Below, piece by piece: positions 13,748 through 25,847 of a stretch of DNA of 64,000 nucleotides. Numbering within the stretch: position 1 is the stretch's first letter; each line of letters begins with the position of its first letter. The DNA comes from Blepharisma stoltei ATCC 30299 (Eukaryota > Protista > Ciliophora). A program made the translations under genes and the position numbers. Below the pieces are notes generated by a model that worked only from the letters and a program-made list of their open reading frames with translations, did not search any database and was not told where the DNA came from. Where the stretch lies: assembly GCA_965603825.1 (NCBI GenBank), contig CBFDEM010000062.1, forward strand, positions 248,001 to 312,000. Direction: 5' to 3'.

Positions 13748-15706
13748 ATGGGAGGCAAGCCATTCTGTGAACAGAAGAGATGCAACGAAGAAGCCAAATT
13801 TGTTTGTTTATGCTTTTATATTCGTCTATGCCCTCAGCACGTTAAGAGACACAAATTATCAAACCGTAACTTGTATCACAAAATAGTTGATATTGCAGAA
13901 TTCAAGCCAATTGCTTTTGATCCAGGCCAAACCATTGATAGAATAAATACAATGGAAGGTCTATCTCTTAACAGGAATATTTATCAGTCTCCTGAAGGCT
14001 CAACTGAAGTATGAGAAGGAAATATTAAAGGGATTCCTGACAAAGTGGCTATCAAAATAATGCATTGCAGGAATGAAGGAGAATATAATAAAAGAAGGCA
14101 GGAAGCAGAGTATCAGCTGTCTATGAAGCATCCAAATATATGCGGCTGCGTATGTGCATTTCGTGATATGGCTGTAAAGGATAGATATAAGTTTGTCATT
14201 GTGATGGAATATTCTGAGTTTGGGGATGTAGAGCAGGATATTGATAGCAGAAGAGCCAAAGCCAATCCTTGGCCAGAAGAAGAGCTTTTGCATCATATGA
14301 CCGAATTGATTGACGCTTTCGCGTTTCTCCAAGAAAAAAACTTGGTTCATGGGGATATCAAGCCAAGAAACTTGTTTATGACAAGCCAAGGAAGAATGAA
14401 AATTGGAGACTTTGGAGAGTCTAGACAAGAGTCAGCGCTTGTAACAAAAACATATCAAATTGCTGGAACTGTTATCTATTTCAGCCCTGCTCTGTTTAAA
14501 GCTTATCTAGATATTATCAAAGGGATAAACGTGACTGGGACAACCAGGCACAACCCAATAAAATCTGACGTTTATTCTTTAGGATTGACTTTTATGCATA
14601 TTGCTTCTCTTGAAAAGCCTGTTGATTTGAATAACTTAGAGCAAGGATTTGATAGATTGCAAGCAAAGATTTCTCTGGCTATCTCAAGATTAAATTATTC
14701 AGATAAGCTCAAAAAAATATTTACGCTTATGCTTGAAGTTGAAGAGTCAAAGAGATATGATTTCATAGCACTCAGGCTGCATCTTGTGAGAACAATTAAT
14801 GCTGTGCTAGAAGCTGAAGAACCTGAGTTAATTTCACAAATGTCTCACATAAATGACTCAAATAGAAGAGGAATCCCAAGCCGTATTCCTCCACCTATAT
14901 TTTCAATTCCTATTATTTTTAACTTATCTGAAAAAGCAGGAGAAGCTGTTGTATATCATATTACTGAAAATCGTCAAAGAATAGTTACTAACTGCAGGTT
15001 CCAGCACTCATCAAGAGCACTCCTATTATATGATACTTTAATTTTATTGGCTGGAGGACTTAAAAATTCAAAATGCGCTTATAAAATAGACACAGCAGCC
15101 CATTCCACAATTAAGTTAAGGCTAATGAATGAGCCAAGAGCTTGGCATTGCATGGCGAAGCTTGGTGAAGATGTGTTTTGTATTGGTGGGAGGAACACAG
15201 AAACAAAAAAAGCAATTAATAGTGTTGAAGTATACAGAAATGAAAGCTGGGAATTAGCTGCAAGCCTTCAAAAACCTCGAGAAATTGCATCAGCAATCAG
15301 TATTAATGATGTTATCTATGTTGTAGGAGGATCTTCTGATCAAAATGGGCATTGGGAGCTACTGAATTCAATAGAAAAATATGAGAATTCAGTTTGGACT
15401 CTTCTTGATATTATTTTGCCTGACTTCATGGGAGGAGTTGGAATTGCAGCTCCTTCCCCTGACGAAATTTTAATTTTTGGTGGAAAAAGAGAAAGAGGAT
15501 TTCTATCTAAAGACATTTATTCGTGAAATATAAGCACAAGTCAATTTGCCTCTAAAAATCCTTTGCCAGAAGCAGAGTTATTTTACTCTAACAACTCATA
15601 CATAGAAAATGAAAAAATAGCGATTATTGGTAGCTTAAAAGGCTTGCTGATCTATGACCGAGCTGAAGATACTTCTGCTTTTCAGAGTGCTCAAAAAAAT
15701 AATTAA
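13748..15706 (+). CDS. B-box-like Zn finger + Ser/Thr kinase + Kelch beta-propeller protein (about 652 aa)
   Basis: N-terminal CxxxxC..CxC..CxxH; VAIK, HGDIKPRN, DFG, KSDVYSLG; Kelch 'PRAWHCM..VFCIGG' and 'IYVVGG'; TGAs at 14012 and 15524; TAA at 15704. Confidence 0.85.
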
Positions 15707-15830
15707 AATTTTACTAAAACCATCCCACAAGTATCTAAAGCCAATAATCTTAATAAGCAGCTACCAAAAAAAATAATTCCACTTAATACAATTATGAAAT
15801 CCATTGACGATTAAAATTTTTGTTTAATAA

Positions 15831-16454
15831 ATGTCAATAGAAATCGGCAAGCGTCTAAGAATAGAGCAAGACCATGATGATTTTAAGTACAAGCGCACCT
15901 TCAAATCGGATCCTGAGCCCTGCTCACAAGTAATTGACTTTGGCAGCCAGTCACTCAATGAAAATTTAATAAGATTATATTCCCTTTTTCCACGCAAAGG
16001 CCGGGAAGAACTGCTTTCAGCTCTTGAAGCCACATGTAATAATTTGGACTCCAGCATCACCCTTCTCCAAAAGAAGGACCGAGACAAAGCACTAGACGAG
16101 TGTACGTACGCCTATGCCACAAATCTCGTCCAAAATCTCAGGCAAGTTTATTCTATGGAAGATGCTTCAAGAATGGTTCAAGCTTATATGAAAAAACACA
16201 CCAGTCAGATTTCTGAGGTTTCTTCCTCGGCTATGTATAATGAAAACAAAGAGCTAGAAAGACAAATAGGGATTCTTAATAATGACACCTCGATGCTGAA
16301 AAAAGCTGTCTTGAAATTGCATAGCAGACTTTTGGCCAAAAAAGGAATCGAAGACGAGTATGAAGCTTTATGTGAACAACTGAAGCAAGAAAAATACAAA
16401 AACTATGCGTTGAGATCTCAAGTAAGTCAGAATGTGAATAACTTCTTTAATTAA
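15831..16454 (+). CDS. CUE-like domain + coiled-coil protein
   Basis: 'LIRLYSLFP....LLSALEATCNNLDSSITLL' resembles a CUE domain; C-terminal coiled coil. Confidence 0.6.
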   Translation: MSIEIGKRLRIEQDHDDFKYKRTFKSDPEPCSQVIDFGSQSLNENLIRLYSLFPRKGREELLSALEATCNNLDSSITLLQKKDRDKALDECTYAYATNLVQNLRQVYSMEDASRMVQAYMKKHTSQISEVSSSAMYNENKELERQIGILNNDTSMLKKAVLKLHSRLLAKKGIEDEYEALCEQLKQEKYKNYALRSQVSQNVNNFFN

Positions 16455-16740
16455 TAAACATCTTGTTTAATGTAAATCAACCAAGAATTGCTTTTGTATT
16501 TTATTTCCGTTATTTTTAAATTTCGAATGCTCATTATTTATCGGATTTAAAATAATTATCATAAACAGCATTACCTAATAATTTGGTTTTAAAAGTTTTT
16601 TTGGAGCAAACAATCAGTTTTTACAATAATCAATGCATATAAAGGCTCCATATTTAACTCAAATTTTTATCAGAGACGAAGTCTAAATAAAAAGGAAACT
16701 AACTGGGGGGTAGTCTGGATTTTATAAACAACAGCACAGT

Positions 16741-17205
16741 ATGGATGAAACTGCCTTATCAGAAACATTTCTTCCTATGAAGAGAAGATCGCCCATTTTA
16801 GAAGAAGAATCTAAGTCTGAAAATTCATCGACATCTACTAACCAAGACCCATCTGCTCCTCGCAAAGCAAAATGTAGGCATCAGAAAATGAATCAGAATT
16901 TAATTGACAAAATTGTCGCTGGCTCTAAGAAGAAGAAAAAAGAAAATAAGCGCAACCATGATAAAACAAGCAATCATAAGCCAGCACTTTTGCCGCCTGT
17001 TATTGTTTATCAAAGCAAAGGCAGCATGAGCATATTAAAAGCTCCATCCATGCAAATTATAAACAGACTTTATCTCCAAAGTAAGCCAATAGACAAAACA
17101 CCACGGGTATGCAAGTGTGGGAAAACAGCCAGGTATCGTCTTCCCAAAACGTTGGAGCCTTATTGTTCTTTAGCGTGCTATAATGCACTTATACCGAGTA
17201 ACTAA
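16741..17205 (+). CDS. Small basic protein with C-terminal HIT-type Zn finger (INO80B/Ies2-like)
   Basis: C-terminus CKCGKTARYRLPKTLEPYCSLACY; start codon uncertain. Confidence 0.5.
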   Translation: MDETALSETFLPMKRRSPILEEESKSENSSTSTNQDPSAPRKAKCRHQKMNQNLIDKIVAGSKKKKKENKRNHDKTSNHKPALLPPVIVYQSKGSMSILKAPSMQIINRLYLQSKPIDKTPRVCKCGKTARYRLPKTLEPYCSLACYNALIPSN

Positions 17206-17313
17206 ATTATTAATGGTAAATTTCGTTTAAAAAATAGTCAATCCTGCAAGCCTGATCTCAGGAACCACTAAAATTTAATTGGTATTGCTGCTGAAAATGG
17301 TAAAATCAGATAA

Positions 17314-17913
17314 ATGATGTGGCGAACCTTTGCAAGTTCTTTTGTTGATCATACATTTGATACTTATATTAAGCACTCAGATAGGTCTGAAACCGCACCA
17401 GTGACAAAAACCCGAAGAAAAATCGATCTAAAGACGCTATTTCCGTATAATCATTCACAAGAGGAAATTGATAAGCGTGGCAAAATGTTTATAGAACTTA
17501 AGAAAAAAGTGGAAAAGCAAAGAGCTGAAATTAAAAGTAGGGAATTCAAGATAAGCAAAGAAAAAATAATAAAAGTTGACTTTTCGGATTCTAGAAGAGC
17601 GAAAGTTAAGGATGAAAAACGGTATAGCTCAACACTTTCATGAAACATCAAAAATAAAAAACTGAACACAACTATGCCCCTAGCAGCAGAGTTCAGGACG
17701 AAAAGTTTACCAAGAGAAGAAGAACTCTCCGGAATCTTTGCGTTAACAACAGGAAATATTGCACAGCCGTTAGGATTAAGCAGTAAAAGAAATTCATTAA
17801 ATAAAGGAAATTCTTATCAAGGAAAATTATTGGAAATGTTTAAAGAAAAAAATCCAGACACGAAAGTGGCTCTGAGGAATCAACTGAAGCAGATTTGGAA
17901 TGAAAAAAATTAA
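17314..17913 (+). CDS. Hypothetical protein (about 199 aa)
   Basis: Two in-frame ORFs joined by TGA at 17641; ends in TAA. Confidence 0.6.
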
Positions 17914-17966
17914 TTTTTTTTGTTATATATAAGAATCCGTCATAATCCATTTTAAGTTTTTATTAT

Positions 17967-20678
17967 ATGGGAAATTGTCTTGATTCTTCCTCAACTGTTC
18001 AGCCTGCGAATAATGATCCTCCAAAAAAACCAAACCTATTGCTACTAGAAGAGCCAAAACGCTCATATTTAGAAGAAAACAAGTCCATCATATCCAATGG
18101 AGAAAATACCCCACGATCTCAAATACGTAGAAAAGGGTTTGAAATTCGTCGAAAACAGCAAACAATAGTCACTTTTGATGCCCCGACAGCTGTAATTACT
18201 GATAAACCAAAAACCCCAAAAGATATCAAGCTAATACTTGACTCATTGTCAAAACATTTCGTATTCAATGGGCTGAGAAGAGATTTTAGTTATTCTGTTA
18301 TACAAGAAATGAAGCATTTTCAGCTAGGCCAATCAGAAACTATTTTCGAGCAAAATCAGCCTGGGCATAATTTTTTTGTAATTGCAAGCGGAGAGGTAGA
18401 GTTATTGATCAATGGGAATTTAATAAATACATTAGGTGCTGGGGACAGCTTTGGGGATATTGCGCTACTTCATGATTCTTTGAGAACGGCATCAACAAGA
18501 ACTTCTAAGCCTACCTGCATGTGAGGAATTGACCGAAAAACATTCAGAAAATCATTGGAGACCTTAAATAAATCGTATTACATTGAAAATAAATCTTTCC
18601 TACAGAGCATCCCGATATTCCATATCCTAACCCAAAAACAAAAAGATGCTTTGGCAGCAGCTTTTTCAAGGTTTGAGTATGCAGAAGGAGACCATATTGT
18701 GAATGAAGGGGACCCAGGAGAACTATTATATATAATTAAAGAAGGGTCAGTCACTTGCTATATTCAAGAGCAGCCTGTAAGAAGACTGGAAAAAGGAGAG
18801 TATTTTGGAGAGCAAGCTTTGCTTTACTCATCGCCGAGAACTGCTACTGTGATAGCTAATAGTAGTGTAAAGTGTATTGCTATTGGGTGCAAAAAACTAA
18901 ATAAAGTTCTTGGAAACAACCTTAGGCAGGTGATTTATAGTAACTCTTTGAAAATTGCTTTTGACCAAAGTGAATTTTTACAGAAACTTTCTCAAGAAAA
19001 TATGAAAAGTCTGATTAGCGGAATGGAGATTAAATCTTATACACAAGGAGATATAATCGTTGCTGCAGGTGCACCAAAAAATTCTTTCCTAATTCTGATA
19101 TTAAAAGGCAAAGTATCTGCAAATAATTTTAGTATTGAAAAATTTGGCTGCTTAGGTGATGAAGCTGTTGCAAATGAAATTACAGATACTTATGAAGAAA
19201 ATATTATTGCAGAAGAAGATACTGACATTGCTGTCATTTCAGGTACTCGATTTTGTGAATGCATCGGCGGAAAGTTTGTAAAGGCTACTTCAAATAATAA
19301 AATTTTGGCTGTAATAAAAAAAATCCAACTCTTTCGAGAACTGGGAAGAGACAAACTTAATGAAATAATAGAAAAGCTTGCCATTGAAGAATTTAATGAC
19401 GAACAACTCATTGTAGAGCAAGGGACAATTGGTGATTCTTTTTTTATCATAAAATCCGGCACAGTCGAAGTCTGAATCGATCGTCAAATGGTCCGATCTA
19501 TCACAAAGCTCGACTACTTTGGCGAGCGATCATTGCTTTTTAATGAGCCTAGAACAGCTACTGTAAAAGCAAAAGGAAGTGTTGCATGCTGGGTATTAAA
19601 GAAAAGCGATTTTGCTTCAATAATTGATGAAGGAATAAGATCAATTTTGCATAAACGAATTCAGCTTCAAGACAGCAATGTCGAACTCTCTGACCTTTTG
19701 CCTGTAAAACTAATTGGAAAAGGAATGTATGGCAATGTCTTTCTCACAGTCCACAAAGCCACCAATGCTCTTTATGCTCTGAAAACAGTAAGCAGAGAGA
19801 AGATAAATAAGTATCATCTTCAAGACAGCATTTTATTAGAGCGAAATATTATGATGACAGTTGACCACACCTTTATATTAAAACTAATCCGAACTTTTAA
19901 AGATCAAAACAGAATATATTTTTTATTAGAATACGTAAAAGGGCTTGACTTGTTCGACGTCTTGAGGGAAATGGGGCTTGTGTCTGATTATGATGCGAAG
20001 TTTTTCACTGCCAGTCTTGTCATCATTCTTGAGCATCTGCACGAAAGGGAAATAATATATAGAGATCTTAAGCCAGAAAATATTATGGTTGATGATGAAG
20101 GATATCTCAAATTAATTGATTTTGGGACTGCCAAAATTTTTTCCGGGAGGACTTATACAGTTGTCGGGACACCGCATTATATGGCGCCAGAAATAATCAC
20201 TGGGAAAGGATATGAAATTACAGCTGATTATTGGAGCTTGGGTATCATACTGTTTGAATTTTTATGTGGGAACGTTCCTTTTGGAGAGAATGAAGAAGAT
20301 CCTTATTTGATTTATGAGTGTATTTTGGCAAGGAAAATTGTTTATCCTCCTTGAATCCAAAAAAATCTTCCAGCCAAGCCATTAATAGAACAGCTTTTAA
20401 GCAAAAATCCATCATCGAGGGTAAAAGGTGGAATTGAGAATTTAAAAACCCACTGCTGGTTAGAAAATGTGGAATGGGATAAGCTTTTAATGAGACAATT
20501 AAAAGCCCCATACAAGGCTAAACTTCCAAATCTCACTAAAGAAATTCAATTAGCTTCAAAGTCAACTATGAGTCTTCAAGAAACAATCAGAAGAATAGAA
20601 GGAGAAGGCATGCTCCTCAATGGCAAGAAACGAATCAGTCTAAAACCTGGCTCAGATCATTGGGACAGCGAGTTTTAA
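17967..20678 (+). CDS. PKG: cGMP-dependent protein kinase, alveolate type (about 903 aa)
   Basis: MGNC acylation motif; four cNMP domains (FGDIALL..RTA, FGEQALL..PRTA, a degenerate third, FGERSLL..PRTA); AGC kinase RDLKPEN, DFG, GTPHYMAPE; three internal TGAs. Confidence 0.92.
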
Positions 20679-20751
20679 TTCTCAGTAAATAGGATATTAT
20701 ACATATTTCACTAATCAGCAAATTAAAATTATTTCCTTAAAAGGTATTTAT

Positions 20752-21153
20752 ATGTCTGAAGAGGAGGAAGATACCGAGGTAAAAATTTATTGGGGAGAAT
20801 GCAATGATTACACTATTGAGCAATGGATGGAGTATAGAAAGAAACTTTATCAGTATGTAGGTGATAACTATAAGCCTGTTGCTCTTGAAGTGACTGAAAA
20901 ACCTTGGCTTATCCCTGGAGCTAATATTTCTGACTGGTTTAATTTTGATTTTGATGAAGAAAGCTGGAATGAGTTCTTGCTGAATCAAATCGCTTTGAGG
21001 CAAGCCAAGATTCTAGAGAAAGAGCAGCAAATGCAGCAAATAATTGCCAAGAAAAAAGAAAGAAAATCGTCGTCAACTGAGAGAAATGAAAGAAAGCACC
21101 ATGAGAAAAGCAAGCACAAGAAGCATGATGAATTCAAAAAGAGCAGAAGATAA
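20752..21153 (+). CDS. FIP1: Fip1-domain polyadenylation factor (very short)
   Basis: KPWLIPGANISDWFNFDFDEESW matches the Fip1 motif KPWR.PGAD.SDYFNYGF.E.TW. Confidence 0.75.
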   Translation: MSEEEEDTEVKIYWGECNDYTIEQWMEYRKKLYQYVGDNYKPVALEVTEKPWLIPGANISDWFNFDFDEESWNEFLLNQIALRQAKILEKEQQMQQIIAKKKERKSSSTERNERKHHEKSKHKKHDEFKKSRR

Positions 21154-21338
21154 ATAATCTAATTATTCTGATAGTTTTACTTTGCAAATTCATTTTTTTA
21201 GCTAAGTGAGTAAATAATCCCTTAAGTGAAGTTCGTTTTTAATTTGATAAATTCAGAAAAATTAAATGTGTTATATTTTGAAATGGAAACAAAGCTAGCT
21301 ATTTGTATATTGACACAATAATTTTATTAGTGAAGAAT

Positions 21339-21956
21339 ATGGAACCTGAAAATAATTCAGAGTATTTAGTACCTTTTACTTAGAACAAAGAATATTGGGA
21401 AAGGCGCTACGAAAACGAAGAAACCTATGATTGGCTCCTAAGATATCCTCAAGTCAAAGAAGACATCTCGCCATATATTACACCTGAGGACAAAATCTTA
21501 GTCCTTGGATGTGGAAACTCTAAGTTCAGTGAGGATTTATATCTCGATGGATATAGAAACATAACAAATATAGATATTTCTCAAATAGTCATCGACAAAA
21601 TGCAAGAAAAGCATCAAGACAAGCCAGAAATGAGGTGGCTAGTTATGAATATGCTCAATATGACTTTCAATCCAGAAGAATTTGACGTTGTCATAGACAA
21701 AGCAACAATGGATGTTCTCCAATGTGACATTGAAGACGTATGAGATCCAAGCGACGAAGTAAAATCAAGGATTTCCCAATTCTACCAAAATGTATACCAA
21801 GTCCTCAAAAACCAAAAACATTTACTACAAATTTCATTTGACCAGCCTCATTTTAGAAGAAAATTTGTAGATACATCTAAATGGAACTTATCAGAGAAAA
21901 CTCTTGATAAAGGAGGACTTCCATATTTCTTATACACCTTACAAAAAAAGATATAG
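21339..21956 (+). CDS. EEF1AKMT4/METTL13-like class I SAM-dependent methyltransferase (missed by the ORF track)
   Basis: After removing intron 21369-21383: MEPENNSEYLNKEYWERRY..ETYDWL...ILVLGCGNS...ITNIDIS...FDVVIDKATMD...ISFDQPHFR; TAG at 21954. Confidence 0.88.
21369..21383 (+). other. 15-nt intron GTACCTTTTACTTAG
   Basis: Removes an in-frame TAG and restores the 'Y...EYW..RY' motif. Confidence 0.88.
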
Positions 21957-21985
21957 ACATAATTAATAGGCTTCATTAATAAATC

Positions 21986-23239
21986 ATGGAAAATAGAAAT
22001 CTCCGCTACCAAGACTTTTTGACTCTTAAAGTTGATACGAAGCACAAGCATAATAATGGTGAATTTTTATGAGAGGAAGTTAAAACAGCAGGTCCTCATC
22101 CTAGCCGCAGAAGCTATCATTCTTCTGTTATGTGGAACCATAAGATGGTTATATCTGGAGGACAAGATTTAAGGGAAGGCACACAGTCTGGAATCTGGGT
22201 TTTTGATTTTAATAGTATGGATGAGGAACACTGAGAAGAATTGAATATTATTGGAATTGGGGTATTTTGTAGGCACAGCAGTGTGATATATCGCGATAAT
22301 TTATACATTTTTGGCGGAACAGATGGCATAAATGAGTTTGATACTACATGAATAATTGATTTAAATACTTTGCAGACTAGAAAGCTTGATCCTCAAACCC
22401 TTGGCTTGCCGCCACCTCTTGATTCACATACCGCTACTTTATATGAAAAAGATGGACTTTCCCAAATGGTTGTATTTGGAGGCTTTAAATATTCTGAAAG
22501 AACAAATGATTTATATATACTGAATTTATCATCATTAGAGTGGAGAAAAATTAGCACAAATAATGGTCCTGAGCCAAGATCCAATCATAGTGCAGTGATT
22601 TATAATGATTTTTTATTTATTTTTGGAGGACTAAATGGCGAAGGAGAACAAATAGGAGATTTTTGAAAATTAAATTTAAACACTTATAATTGGCAGTCTA
22701 TCCAGGCGGGTGGGCAGATCCCAGCTGCAAGATCAGGACACTCTGCAATTGTGTATAGTGATTTAATGGTAATTTTTGGCGGGACAAAATGTGTAAACAG
22801 AGAAACAAATGAAATGTTCTCTTATAGTTTTGAAAATAATATGTGGGTAAGGTTCCAAGATGAGCAGCAGGTAAAAGATCCAGTTTCTGCGGCACAGTTG
22901 GAAGAATTTAAGCACAGTGAAACATCTCCTCATAGAAGACATACACTAAATATAGCTATTGGGCCTAAAAAAGATGGAAAAAAAGAAGCTTCACCTACAA
23001 TAGAGAGATTTGCAATGAAGAAAAAGCTGCTTTATGATGGGCCTCCAAGTCCTGTAAAAGGAAGGGTAAAAGGAAATGCTCCTCACCAAAGAGATGGACA
23101 CTCTGCTGTTATAGATGGGAATATTATGTATATATTTGGAGGGGACAGACACCAAATGCCATTTAATGATATCTATGCTTACAGGCTGTCAAAAGATATT
23201 ATAAGTAGGCCAGGCGAAATAGACTTAAAAACTTCATAA
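21986..23239 (+). CDS. Kelch-repeat protein (about 417 aa)
   Basis: Repeats SYHSSV..MVISGG, RHSSV..LYIFGG, SHTA..VVFGG, SNHSAV..FIFGG, SGHSAI..VIFGG, DGHSAV..YIFGG; joined by TGAs. Confidence 0.85.
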
Positions 23240-23325
23240 TATTATTTAATTGGTTAAATTAAAAAAATATAAACGCTTAAATATAAACGCTAAATTACCT
23301 AAGAAAAATCCGTTAGCTATTTAAA

Positions 23326-24291
23326 ATGGAGTCTAATTTAATGAATTCAGAGTCGCGTCCACTCATAAATCGCACAACCCGACAATCTTGTTTTATTTGC
23401 AAAAGATCACTTGACAGTAAGCCATATGCAAATATGATTCTATACGTTTTACTAGGCATTTTAATACTTTGCCATATATGAGGCTCTCTTATATTGCTAT
23501 ACTTAAAAGTGGCTAATGACATTGGGGAGTACTTTACTCTTTTTTTACCAGTGGTATTGCTTTGTGTAGAAATTTGTATTATCTGTATAACAGTTTTTAT
23601 AATTATTTTATCTGATTTTATTACCAGAAAAGTAAGAGGAATCACGCTGTGGCAAAGACAAGCCATCGGGAGACTGATAAGAGATTTTGTAATTTTTTTG
23701 CAATTAGGCTTAACTGCTTGATTTTTTTATGCAGGATTTGATGATAATTCCCTTAAATCTCCTCTTTGGCATTTGCTGATGCCAGGAATTGTGCTATCAG
23801 TTCTTGCGTCCTTAAGATTTGTTCTAATTCAGAGCGAGGATTCGTTGTTTTGGATATGCTTTTCCTTTCTAACGATTGCACAGCAGATCCTATGTATATG
23901 GAAAATTGATTATAAGGCAGAACTCAGCTGAATTTATTGCTTAATCCCTACCTATCTCATGTGTGCTGATTTTGCCTGGCTTAGTGCTAGTTATTTTTTG
24001 AGGTTTGCTAAAGAACTGGATTACTCTAAAATGATAATATTTCTTTTAGGAATTATTGGGAGTATTTTCAGCGGAATTGGGATGTTTTTTATCTCTTTTT
24101 ATCTAGAAGACATGATAGAATTTAATTCAGCAATAATCTGAATTGGGATTGGTTTGGGTATAAGTTCAATACCTTTAATAAGACCATTCGGGCTGTTTAT
24201 AATAGATATTGCAGTAGGACATATTGAAATTGAAATTTTACAGCTAAAATACCCTGTGAGATCAATAAGAAATTTACCTCACTCCGTTTAA
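23326..24291 (+). CDS. Multi-pass membrane protein (about 321 aa)
   Basis: Single frame through four TGAs; many hydrophobic segments; TAA at 24289. Confidence 0.7.
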
Positions 24292-24323
24292 TTTGTAACT
24301 AATTAATGAAATTTTAATTATTT

Positions 24324-24776
24324 CTAAGGATAAGAGTTTAGTAAATCGACTCTTCTAGGGTGGTTAGGGTGTTCGCTTAAAAAACGTGTTGAGAGATATG
24401 TATCTACCACCTGCTTAGCCACTTCTATGCCAATGACTTTGCCACCTAAAGCTAAAACGTTGCAATCATTATGTTCCCTTGTCATTAGAACTCCAAAATA
24501 GTCATGGCAAACAGCACATCGGATACCTTTGAAGCGATTAGCTGCCATTGACATCCCAATTCCTGACTCACAAATTAATAATCCTCTTTGAGCTTCACCT
24601 GAAAGAACTTTGTCACAAACTAGTTTTGCATATACTGGATAATCAACAGCATTAGTGGAATTATTTGTGCCAACATCAATAACGGAAATTCCTTTTCGGC
24701 TGAGATATTGCACAAGTTGCACCTTCATATCGTGCCCTTCATGATCACAGCCCACTGCGATGGTTATGTTTTCCAT
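24324..24776 (-). CDS. rpiB: Ribose-5-phosphate isomerase B
   Basis: GCDHEG, VDYP, ICESGIGMSMAANRFKGIRCA, REHNDCNVLALG, HPRRV. Confidence 0.93.
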   Translation of the reverse strand: MENITIAVGCDHEGHDMKVQLVQYLSRKGISVIDVGTNNSTNAVDYPVYAKLVCDKVLSGEAQRGLLICESGIGMSMAANRFKGIRCAVCHDYFGVLMTREHNDCNVLALGGKVIGIEVAKQVVDTYLSTRFLSEHPNHPRRVDLLNSYP

Positions 24777-24867
24777 TAATCTTTAATTAATGCATCTTAT
24801 TTAAGATTAAACAATTTTAAAATTAACAAGATTCGCTTGAAATTGGAGATTATTTTATAGTTTTCGC

Positions 24868-25803
24868 TTATTCTCGATTCCTTCCTCTATAATCTCCCCT
24901 TTGATCTCCTCTATATCCTCTGTATTCTCTATGCTCTCCTCTATATTCTCCTCTATTTTCTCTGTATTCTCTGTATTCTCTATGTTCTCTGTATTCTCCT
25001 CTATGTTCTCTATATTCTCCTCTAGACTCTCCTCTATACTCTCCTCTTCCTCTATATCCTCTATTTTCTCCTCTATATCCACCTCTATACCCTCTTCCAT
25101 CTCCTCCACCATTCCTATAACCTCTTCCTCTCCTTCTTCCCCCTCTAATATACCTCCTTAAATCCCTTTCTCCCATTTCCACGCTTTCCTCTCCAAAAGT
25201 CTCCGCATCCAGCTCTTTTTGTTTTTCCCTATCCAATCTACTTTCTGCAGTTTCAGCAGATTTACAAGAAATTGTATCAAAAAAGCTCGATTTTTTATTA
25301 TAGCATTTTTCTCTGGTTTCTGGCTTCTGTTCTCTATCAATAGCTGCAGTTTGAAAATCAAAATCTTCTTTAAGCTCTTCTTTTAAATTTTCATTTGTAT
25401 TCCCATGCAATTCACCATACGCTTCTGGGCGGCTATTTCTAGGGGCATAGTTTTGGCTTTGGTATTCCCTTTGTGGAGGAGGGTTGGATTTTTGGACTGG
25501 CTTTGGCTGAACTTCTTTAATTGGCTCTGATTTTATTATGGCTGGGTCATTATTGGCGGCTGTAGACTGGATGACTGTGAGATCTTTTATATCAGACCCT
25601 CTGAAGATGATAAATTCATAGATCTCAGCTGAAGGCGGGATTTCTTTGTTATTTCCTCTGCGCCCTTCAGTGCCAAATGACTTGACGTTGGAGAGTGAAA
25701 CTGTGTGTTCATTTGGGTCAATAGTGTGGAGAGTTCCTTCATATCGAATATCAGACTTCGAAATTAGGCTGATTTGGCTACCAATATAAGGAACTGAACT
25801 CAT
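24868..25803 (-). CDS. LSM14: LSM14/Scd6/RAP55 mRNA repression factor
   Basis: [40 protein letters not shown]; DFDF, FFD and TFG boxes; RG-rich tail. Confidence 0.93.
   Translation of the reverse strand: MSSVPYIGSQISLISKSDIRYEGTLHTIDPNEHTVSLSNVKSFGTEGRRGNNKEIPPSAEIYEFIIFRGSDIKDLTVIQSTAANNDPAIIKSEPIKEVQPKPVQKSNPPPQREYQSQNYAPRNSRPEAYGELHGNTNENLKEELKEDFDFQTAAIDREQKPETREKCYNKKSSFFDTISCKSAETAESRLDREKQKELDAETFGEESVEMGERDLRRYIRGGRRRGRGYRNGGGDGRGYRGGYRGENRGYRGRGEYRGESRGEYREHRGEYREHREYREYRENRGEYRGEHREYRGYRGDQRGDYRGRNRE
24880..25150 (-). repeat. Coding low-complexity repeat of 9/12-nt units encoding RG(E/Y)/EYR/EHR
   Basis: Degenerate units such as GAATATAGA, GAATACAGA and AGAGGAGAATAT inside the LSM14 tail. 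Confidence 0.8.
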
Positions 25804-25847
25804 AATGATTAAAAATGCAAAGTCTTGCCATGTTTAATTGATAGAGA

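Noticed and set aside
16633-16740. Upstream ATG plus a putative intron extending the 16741 gene
   Set aside because: The candidate GTCTAAATAAAAAG is 14 nt, lacks GTA and TAG ends, and does not fit the consensus.
24855-25161. Alternative-frame ORFs (IEE-rich and Ser-rich) and a CRISPR-like look of the repeat
   Set aside because: By-products of the LSM14 coding repeat; there is no repeat-spacer structure.
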